Virus record (IMG/VR): IMGVR_UViG_2734482551_000008
Reading direction: 5' to 3' (one strand)
Origin: a virus
Taxonomy: Duplodnaviria > Heunggongvirae > Uroviricota > Caudoviricetes
DNA length: 4,476 nt
A program made the position numbers and the translations under genes. Below, piece after piece: positions 1 through 4,476 of this stretch. Each line of letters begins with the position of its first letter. Position 1 is the stretch's first letter. Below the pieces are notes generated by a model, which ran no database searches, was not told the origin of the DNA, and saw nothing but the letters and a program-made list of their open reading frames with translations.

Positions 1-49
1 GGAATATCTCCCCGGCAGCCTTCAGGGAAAAATATCATCAGATGGCTGC

Positions 50-403
50 TTAAAAAAAGAACAAATGGTAGTGTCCGCTATTGCCAGTACACCTCAATTG
101 CTCTGCGGCTTCGCTCAGAGCTGGCGTATGTTCCCGGCCTACTGATTCACACAGGTAATCAACGAAACCGGACACCAGTTTTCGTTCGCGAGGCGTGATC
201 GCCCCACCGACCGGAGTCCAGTAATCGAAACCCAGTTGCAGGAGTTTGAAAAAACGCTTGTGGAATGCGTAGTTACACACACGCTTAAAGTCTGCGTGTA
301 TCCACTCACCTATTTTGATTTGATGCAGAAAATCGCAACTCTCCGGCGTCGCCGGGAGAAGTAATCCGGAAGAGGTTTGTTTGACCAGTTGTATATGTGC
401 CAT
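50..403 (-). CDS. hypothetical phage protein (about 117 aa), last gene of a coupled pair
   Basis: Open frame from the ORF track (131 aa from 445). I prefer the internal ATG at 401-403 (MAHIQLVKQ...) because it has a GGAG 7 nt upstream (minus strand, plus 411-414), whereas the 445 start has none and only overlaps the upstream gene stop (ATGA). No family recognised from memory. Confidence 0.5.
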   Translation of the reverse strand: MAHIQLVKQTSSGLLLPATPESCDFLHQIKIGEWIHADFKRVCNYAFHKRFFKLLQLGFDYWTPVGGAITPRERKLVSGFVDYLCESVGREHTPALSEAAEQLRCTGNSGHYHLFFF

Positions 404-441
404 CGGCTTTCTCCGGTGGCACGGTGTTACACAGCAGGAGT

Positions 442-729
442 TCAATCCTGCTCAAGATTGTAGATGAGTTTATTCTTCAGCAAAAGCAGAAAACCAGCCT
501 TAAAACCAATCTCTTTCAAAACCCGTAATGATGTGACAAATTCGTCCTCACGCAAAATAAAACCGTCCGTCAGAAGTCCATTACAAAAATAAAATAACAC
601 AGCACCGCTCTTCCTTTGTTGAGATTGCAAACATCTAATGCGGCAATGGCTGACAATCGCTCCATTCTCAACGCGCACAGCATAGAGGCCATTTTCACTA
701 AAAATTTCACGCAATTCTTCGATTTTCAT
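442..729 (-). CDS. hypothetical phage protein (95 aa)
   Basis: ORF-track frame; ATG at 727-729 preceded by GGAAGGA (plus 738-744) with 8-nt spacing; stop overlaps the next ORF (ATGA). No family recognised. Confidence 0.5.
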   Translation of the reverse strand: MKIEELREIFSENGLYAVRVENGAIVSHCRIRCLQSQQRKSGAVLFYFCNGLLTDGFILREDEFVTSLRVLKEIGFKAGFLLLLKNKLIYNLEQD

Positions 730-810
730 CTTCAGAATCCTTCCAGATAAATAGCTCTCCCCTGTTCGGGGTCCATCCCTCTTCTCCCTGCGCGCTACTT
801 AAGTGAGTCG

Positions 811-838
811 ATTCTATCTGCGAAGGTGCGCGAATCAA
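811..838 (-). promoter_or_regulatory. sigma70-like promoter candidate for the 442-729 operon (TTGATT-N16-TAGAAT)
   Basis: Minus-strand hexamers TTGATT (plus 833-838) and TAGAAT (plus 811-816) with a 16-nt spacer, downstream of the hok terminator and about 80 nt upstream of the 727-729 start. Hexamer match only. Confidence 0.3.
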
Positions 839-857
839 ATTCACCGGAAATAAACAA

Positions 858-903
858 CAAAAAACCCGCCGAAACGCTGAGAGATCACAGCGATGGGCGG
901 GTT
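858..903 (-). terminator. rho-independent terminator at the 3' end of the hok transcript
   Basis: On the minus strand, stem AACCCGCC (plus 896-903) pairs with GGCGGGTT (plus 863-870); an inner CGCTG/CAGCG stem sits in the loop; the stem is followed by TTTTTTGTTGTTTATTT (plus 859-864 A-run). Confidence 0.6.
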
Positions 904-907
904 AAGT

Positions 908-970
908 GCGGGTGCGTTGAGGATGCCTGACACATCAGAGGTGGGCGGGGATGGGATCAGCTCCCCGCCC
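908..970 (-). promoter_or_regulatory. hok mRNA 3'-UTR structural elements (GC hairpin plus fold-back-inhibition-like element)
   Basis: A 9-bp perfect hairpin lies immediately after the hok stop (GGGCGGGGA at plus 943-951 with TCCCCGCCC at 962-970, 10-nt loop). Plus 908-922 (gcgggtgcgttgagg) is an imperfect inverted repeat of plus 1293-1306 (cctcaagcacccgc) at the predicted 5' end of the hok mRNA, as expected for the 5'/3' fold-back pairing known for hok mRNAs. Confidence 0.45.
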
Positions 971-978
971 GGTCACTC

Positions 979-1134
979 TTACTTCCTGGATTCGTAGTCT
1001 ACGAAGACAGCGACCTCCGTCTGGCCGGTTCGGATTCGTACCTCACAGAGGTCTTTCCTCGTTACCAGTGCCGTCACTATGACGGTTAAACAGATGACGA
1101 TCAGGGCGATTAACATCGCCTTTTGCTGCTTCAT
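979..1134 (-). CDS. hok: Hok/Gef-family type I toxin (51 aa small membrane protein)
   Basis: Translation MKQQKAMLIALIVICLTVIVTALVTRKDLCEVRIRTGQTEVAVFVDYESRK has the Hok family hallmark (single TM helix, then TRKxLCEVxIR...EVAxF..YES), very close to my recollection of chromosomal HokD/Gef. AAGGAG lies 9 nt upstream of the ATG at 1132-1134. The ORF-track 70-aa version uses an upstream in-frame start that I regard as leader sequence. Confidence 0.85.
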   Translation of the reverse strand: MKQQKAMLIALIVICLTVIVTALVTRKDLCEVRIRTGQTEVAVFVDYESRK

Positions 1135-1179
1135 AGCCTGCTTCTCCTTGCCTTTCGGCATGTAAGAGGCTAACCTACA

Positions 1180-1250
1180 TGTGCAAAGCATGAAATTGGC
1201 CTCAGATTAATGTTAAGCGTCTTGCCGGACGCGTAATGTTAACTGGGGCT
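1180..1250 (+). ncRNA. sok: putative Sok-like antisense RNA (position approximate)
   Basis: Inferred only: hok loci encode a short antisense RNA complementary to the hok leader. A possible plus-strand promoter is TTGCCT (1148-1153)-N17-TAACCT (1171-1176). The 3' end and terminator were not convincingly identified, so coordinates are a guess. Confidence 0.2.
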
Positions 1251-1310
1251 TTTCTCTATCTGCCTTTTGGTGTTCATGCCTGAAGCAGATAGCCTCAAGC
1301 ACCCGCAGTC

Positions 1311-1340
1311 ATTCTACTTACCTCGCCAATATGAAATCAA
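1311..1340 (-). promoter_or_regulatory. hok promoter candidate (TTGATT-N18-TAGAAT)
   Basis: Minus-strand -35 TTGATT (plus 1335-1340) and -10 TAGAAT (plus 1311-1316). The predicted start near plus 1300-1305 falls at the GGGTGCTTGAGGC motif, which resembles the 5' end of the plasmid R1 hok mRNA (GGCGCTTGAGGC) as I remember it. Confidence 0.4.
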
Positions 1341-1361
1341 TCAGAAAGGTGCCCCATAAAA

Positions 1362-2048
1362 TCACTCCTTCTCTTCTTTACCGTAGTGGAGTTGACCAAT
1401 TTTGATAAGAGGGCGTCCCTGAGATTTGCGGTGTAGATTGGTATCGCGCAGAGAATACACACAGCCACAATATTCCTGCTGATAGAATTTTTCGCGCTTG
1501 CTGATTTCAATCATACGGGACGAGCCGCCCTGCTTGCGCCAGTTATAATCCCAGTACACCATGCCCGGATAATGCGCGACGGCTCGCCGCCCACAGTCGT
1601 TAACCTGCTGCATATTTTTCCAGCGTGAAATGCCCAGTGAACTGCTGATCACACTGAAACCATTTTCAGCGGCGTACAGCGCTGTCCGCTCAAAACGCAT
1701 GTCAAAACACATGGTGCAACGGATCCCTCGTTCGGGCTCCCATTCCATTCCTTTGGCTCGTTCAAACCAGTTGTCTGTGTCGTAATCAGCATCAATAAAC
1801 GGCACGCCGTGTTGTTCAGCAAAGCGAATATTCTCATCCTTACGAATTAAATACTCTTTCTGAGGATGAATGTTCGGGTTGTAGAAAAAGATGGTGTAGT
1901 CGATTCCCGAGGCCTGAAGCGCCTCCATCACCTCACCGGAACATGGAGCACAGCAAGAGTGCAGTAGTAGTTTGTTTGCCCCGTTTGGGAGCTCCAATTT
2001 GGGCCGTTTGAAATCAGCAACTGTCATAAATATGTTTATTGGGGTCAT
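1362..2048 (-). CDS. queH: QueH-family (DUF208) epoxyqueuosine reductase homolog, 228 aa
   Basis: Translation carries the cysteine motifs I associate with QueH: [11 protein letters not shown] (C32, C33, C36), RCTMCFDMR (C111, C114) and EYCGCVYS (C194, C196), at typical spacing and length. There is no obvious Shine-Dalgarno before either ATG (2046-2048 or the M8 codon), so the start is uncertain. Confidence 0.8.
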   Translation of the reverse strand: MTPINIFMTVADFKRPKLELPNGANKLLLHSCCAPCSGEVMEALQASGIDYTIFFYNPNIHPQKEYLIRKDENIRFAEQHGVPFIDADYDTDNWFERAKGMEWEPERGIRCTMCFDMRFERTALYAAENGFSVISSSLGISRWKNMQQVNDCGRRAVAHYPGMVYWDYNWRKQGGSSRMIEISKREKFYQQEYCGCVYSLRDTNLHRKSQGRPLIKIGQLHYGKEEKE

Positions 2049-2195
2049 AAAAATATCAAAGAGTGTAGCATTAGAACGGGGCTATCGGAAACAGATGTGT
2101 GACTGCTCCCCGCCCTTTCGGGTGGTCTCCTGATGATTTGAGGGTGCAGAAATCCCTCCGGTTAAGGATTAAATTTTTAACAGTGCTAAATTTAA

Positions 2196-2552
2196 TTATT
2201 CAGTTCTGGATTTTGTCGCCCTGCGTATCCGCGCTTTCGCGTTACGCTCAATCTGTATCAGCTTTTCTATATTTCTCCGCCTTTCCTGTTCCTCCTGGCG
2301 CAATAGCCTTACATCATCTGCCAGTCTGGTTTCTCTTTTTGCCACAGAGAGCATCCAGTCAAACGGCTCCACAACCGCACCGCAGATTTTACAGCGGACC
2401 TGACGCTCTTTTTCGTCAACCCGTACAGAGGCGTGATGGCAATATGGTCTTTCCGATGGCTCATAAAGAAAATTAACCTGATTACGAGGGTCATCCTCTT
2501 TTACCGGAAATAAAACGATATTGCTTAACTCATCTTCTGGTTTTATTTCCAT
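2196..2552 (-). CDS. hypothetical phage protein with a zinc-ribbon-like motif and a charged C-terminal helix (118 aa)
   Basis: ORF-track frame (137 aa from 2609). I prefer the ATG at 2550-2552 (MEIKPEDE...) because of a strong AAGGAGAGGAG upstream. Contains C-H-H...C-x-x-C (YCHHASVRVDEKERQVRCKICG) followed by an Arg/Glu-rich helix. No family recognised. Confidence 0.5.
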   Translation of the reverse strand: MEIKPEDELSNIVLFPVKEDDPRNQVNFLYEPSERPYCHHASVRVDEKERQVRCKICGAVVEPFDWMLSVAKRETRLADDVRLLRQEEQERRRNIEKLIQIERNAKARIRRATKSRTE

Positions 2553-2609
2553 GCTCCTCTCCTTTGATGCGAATGCCAGCGGTAATTGAAGCCTGATAGC
2601 TAATTTCAT

Positions 2610-3032
2610 TCACAGTATCGCCTCCTGAAAATTACCCTGATAGAAAGCCAGTACACGCTGCATAGCTTCGCTCTTCCGGCACTCGCGACAGATTATATTC
2701 AGGCGCCTGTCGTAGCGGCGTATTTCTCCGTCAGGTAATGACCAGATAAGGTCCGGATCAACAACAACCGGTTTCCTCACCTTTACTCTCGAGAGTTTTT
2801 TGCGGGCGCTTTGCCAGTCCTTGCGAGCCTGTTCAGACGGGAATAAGCCGTAGCCAGAATTATATACATCACCACTTGCGACCAGTTCTATGCATAAGCG
2901 ACCGACAGACGCACGACTGATACCTGTTTCATCTGACAACTGCCGAATCGTGACCCGACCGTCCTGATGCACGAGTTCCACAATTCGCGTCTTCAGTTCT
3001 TCCCGCTGTTCGGGAGTAAAAGGTTTCGCCAT
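2610..3032 (-). CDS. phage-associated winged-helix DNA-binding protein (140 aa)
   Basis: ORF-track frame; AGGAGG lies 4-5 nt upstream of the ATG at 3030-3032. The N-terminal segment VTIRQLSDETGISRASVGRLCIELVASGDV looks like a helix-turn-helix; a C-terminal CxxC (ICRECRKS) is present. Starts 14 nt after the DnaC-like stop. Confidence 0.6.
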   Translation of the reverse strand: MAKPFTPEQREELKTRIVELVHQDGRVTIRQLSDETGISRASVGRLCIELVASGDVYNSGYGLFPSEQARKDWQSARKKLSRVKVRKPVVVDPDLIWSLPDGEIRRYDRRLNIICRECRKSEAMQRVLAFYQGNFQEAIL

Positions 3033-3046
3033 AAATCCTCCTGAAA

Positions 3047-3688
3047 CTACTTAACAACCCTCGAATGGCTAACATTCGGACGCCAGCTCTCCCAGTTAAA
3101 ATTCACCCAGCGNNNNNNNNNNNNNNNNNNNNNNNNNNNNNNNNNNNNNNNNNNNNNNNNNNNNNNNNNNNNNNNNNNNNNNNNNNNNNNNNNNNNNNNN
3201 NNNNNNNNNNNNNNNNNNNNNNNNNNNNNNNNNNNNNNNNNNNNNNNNNNNNNNNNNNNNNNNNNNNNNNNNNNNNNNNNNNNNNNNNNNNNNNNNNNNN
3301 NNNNNNNNNNNNNNNNNNNNNNNNNGATAGCTGCCGCTAAGTGATTCTTCCCGGTACCAGGTTTTCCGCTGAACGCAAAATTTGTACACCCGGTCATCAG
3401 TTCATCGGCGATGGATTTCGCCTGGCTTAACGCGTATCGCTGGCCGTCGTTCTGCACCTGGTAATTCGCAAACGAGCATTTACGGTGCAACGGCTGGATG
3501 CCTGAGCGATTCAGAATTTTTTCCACCCGCAACTGGCGATTCAGGCGGTTGATCTCCTCGCTACGTTTCTGGCCTTCAGCAAGTTGCCACTCGCGCCACT
3601 CCGCTACCGTTCTGAATGGGGCGGTTACATGTGGCGGGGTCAGTCGGCGGATGCGTTCCAGAACGCCGCCTGTCGCAATATTTTTCAT
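3047..3688 (-). CDS. DnaC-like replicative helicase loader (phage replication protein), interrupted by an assembly gap
   Basis: N-terminal 120 aa align by eye to E. coli DnaC as I recall it (MKN..., NRSGIQPLHRKCSFANY, Walker A FSGKPGTGKNHLAAAI) and the C-terminal tail (WVNFNWESWRP) matches the DnaC C-terminus. The middle of the gene is N (3113-3325), so true length and intactness are unknown. Confidence 0.8.
   Translation of the reverse strand: MKNIATGGVLERIRRLTPPHVTAPFRTVAEWREWQLAEGQKRSEEINRLNRQLRVEKILNRSGIQPLHRKCSFANYQVQNDGQRYALSQAKSIADELMTGCTNFAFSGKPGTGKNHLAAAIXXXXXXXXXXXXXXXXXXXXXXXXXXXXXXXXXXXXXXXXXXXXXXXXXXXXXXXXXXXXXXXXXXXXXXXRWVNFNWESWRPNVSHSRVVK
3113..3325. other. assembly gap (213 N)
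   Basis: Uninterrupted run of n characters, directly seen. ORF-track peptides containing X strings across this interval are artefacts. Confidence 0.98.
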
Positions 3689-3694
3689 GGTCCG

Positions 3695-4371
3695 TTACCC
3701 CCTGAAGCCTGGCGGGATCGCACTGTCCGGCAACGAGACGGTGTTAACCTGTCGGAGCAACGTCTCAGGCCGAACACCTTTCGGCGCGAACAGGCCCTGG
3801 TATTCATTGGCGATGCTGTGTCGAATCACCTGCTCAGGTGTAAAACCCTGCTGACGGAATTTTTCCAGTTCCCGTATCGCCCCGTTAGCGCCCTGCTCCG
3901 TTCGAATCGGTTTTCGCAATGCCTGTCTGAACCGGACCCACTCATGCCAGAGTGTTTCCGGCAACCAATCGGGCAGCTCAATAGCCTCCGGCTCGAATTT
4001 TTTAGACGCTCGTTTTTGGCGAGGGGGAGATCAGTATTTAGATCTTCCTCTTCCTCTTCCTCTGGTAACGCTTTTTGATCCGTTTGTGTAACGCTGGCAG
4101 CGTTACCTTTTCGTTTCAGTTCGCGTATTTTTGTTACTCGCTCGTTTGTAACCGCCCGTTTTTTTTAGAGCTTTTTCCGTTATGACGTTCAAAGTTAGGT
4201 AGAGAAAGCCCTCCGTCATTTTCGACCAGCCATCCAACCTGAATTAACGCATCAGCAAAACCAGACATAAAAGTGATGCGATCTATTGCACTTTTTGTAA
4301 CGCCGCGAGCGTTACAATCTGCATTACCGTCTATCATTTGTTGATCCGCCCATGCCCAGAAGCGAATAACC
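3695..4371 (-). pseudogene. DnaT-like primosomal/replication-organiser gene, frame-disrupted and apparently 5'-truncated by the IS
   Basis: The C-terminal ORF (3695-3964) ends ...RQVNTVSLPDSAIPPGFRG, which closely resembles the C-terminus of E. coli DnaT as I recall it (...NTVSEPDSQIPPGFRG); it stops 6 nt before the DnaC-like start, the same order as the dnaT-dnaC operon. The upstream part (4134-4371) is in another frame and a third frame encodes an acidic linker (EEEEEE). Frame changes coincide with a T8 run (4159-4166) and a G5 run (4023-4027). The reading frame runs into the IS inverted repeat at 4372 without a credible start. Confidence 0.55.
4044..4063. repeat. hexanucleotide tandem repeat (CTTCCT)x3, encoding EEEEEE on the minus strand
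   Basis: Directly seen: cttcct cttcct cttcct ct at 4044-4063. Confidence 0.9.
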
Positions 4372-4476
4372 TGAGGTAGCCTGAGTTTAACGGACACTCC
4401 TTCCTGAAATAGAATGGCATCAGAAGGAGCTAATAATGAGCAGAAAAACCCAACGTTACTCTAAAGAGTTCAAAGC
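4372..4476 (+). mobile_element. left end of an IS3-family insertion sequence (IS600-like), continuing beyond the window
   Basis: A plus-strand gene starts at 4436 (AAGGAG 6 nt upstream) with MSRKTQRYSKEFK..., matching the IS3-family OrfA N-terminal motif (R-x-Y/F-S-x-E-F-K; compare IS911 RNFSAEFK). The preceding 64 nt begin TGAGGTAGCCTGAGTTTAACGGACAC, typical of an IS3-family terminal inverted repeat (5'-TG...). Exact boundary at 4372 is inferred. Confidence 0.6.
4436..4476 (+). CDS. IS3-family transposase OrfA, N-terminal fragment (runs off the window)
   Basis: ATG at 4436 with a strong AAGGAG; the first 13 codons MSRKTQRYSKEFK fit the IS3-family OrfA N-terminal motif. Confidence 0.6.
   Translation, partial: MSRKTQRYSKEFK

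Noticed and set aside
1-38. Possible start of another minus-strand gene (ATG at 36-38, MIFFPEG...) running off the left edge
   Set aside because: Only 12 codons visible, no ribosome-binding site; cannot be supported.
979-1191. 70-aa N-terminally extended Hok ORF, and a possible overlapping mok frame
   Set aside because: The extension lacks a ribosome-binding site, whereas the 51-aa start has AAGGAG. The frame corresponding to mok in plasmid R1 is open here but has no start codon after an in-frame TAG, so I do not call a mok gene.
1649-1837. 62-aa minus-strand ORF nested inside the QueH-like gene
   Set aside because: Alternative frame within a strongly supported CDS; no independent start signals.
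960-2115. Exact 11-mer direct repeat gctccccgccc at 960-970 and 2105-2115, seemingly bracketing the queH-hok segment
   Set aside because: At this window length an exact 11-mer repeat is expected by chance about once; the left copy is part of the hok 3' hairpin rather than an element end, and the hok locus extends beyond it, so it does not behave like a target-site duplication.
2099-2476. Plus-strand 125-aa ORF from the track
   Set aside because: Lies entirely antisense to the well-supported minus-strand genes (2196-2552 and the gap upstream of queH), has no ribosome-binding site and a low-complexity translation; most likely a spurious overlapping ORF.
2309-2494. 61-aa minus-strand ORF inside the zinc-ribbon gene
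   Set aside because: Out-of-frame overlap with a better-supported CDS; no ribosome-binding site.
3065-3389. ORFs 3065-3340 (+) and 3096-3389 (-) made mostly of X
   Set aside because: They exist only because the N run contains no stop codons; assembly-gap artefacts.
3498-4078. Plus-strand ORFs 3498-3854 and 3584-4078 (one with a poly-Ser run)
   Set aside because: Antisense to the DnaT-like and DnaC-like genes; the poly-Ser run is simply the reverse reading of the (CTTCCT) repeat.
4134-4397. GTG start at 4395-4397 for the upstream replication-gene fragment
   Set aside because: The GTG and the apparent AGGAAGGAG before it lie inside the IS inverted repeat, directly abutting each other; this is IS sequence, not a native start.
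1-4476. CRISPR arrays, tRNA or rRNA genes
   Set aside because: No regularly spaced direct repeats and no cloverleaf-like or rRNA-like segments were seen on either strand.

Overview
This window looks like part of a lambdoid-type prophage from an Enterobacteriaceae (E. coli/Shigella-like) draft assembly; it contains a 213-nt N run. All credible genes are on the minus strand and read from high to low coordinates as one early-operon-like block. In order: a DnaT-like replication gene that is frame-disrupted and apparently 5'-truncated by an insertion sequence (3695-4371); a DnaC-like helicase loader interrupted by the assembly gap (3047-3688); a tightly coupled pair of small genes (winged-helix 140 aa, zinc-ribbon/coiled-coil 118 aa); a QueH-family (DUF208) epoxyqueuosine-reductase homolog (1362-2048); a complete hok/sok-type type I toxin-antitoxin locus (about 858-1340); and two more coupled small genes (442-729, 50-403). 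The right edge (4372-4476) is the left end of an IS3-family insertion sequence with the start of its OrfA on the plus strand. The most interesting item is the intact QueH-like gene sitting in a phage early operon directly upstream of hok. All family assignments are from reading the translations and from memory of these families; no database search was possible.
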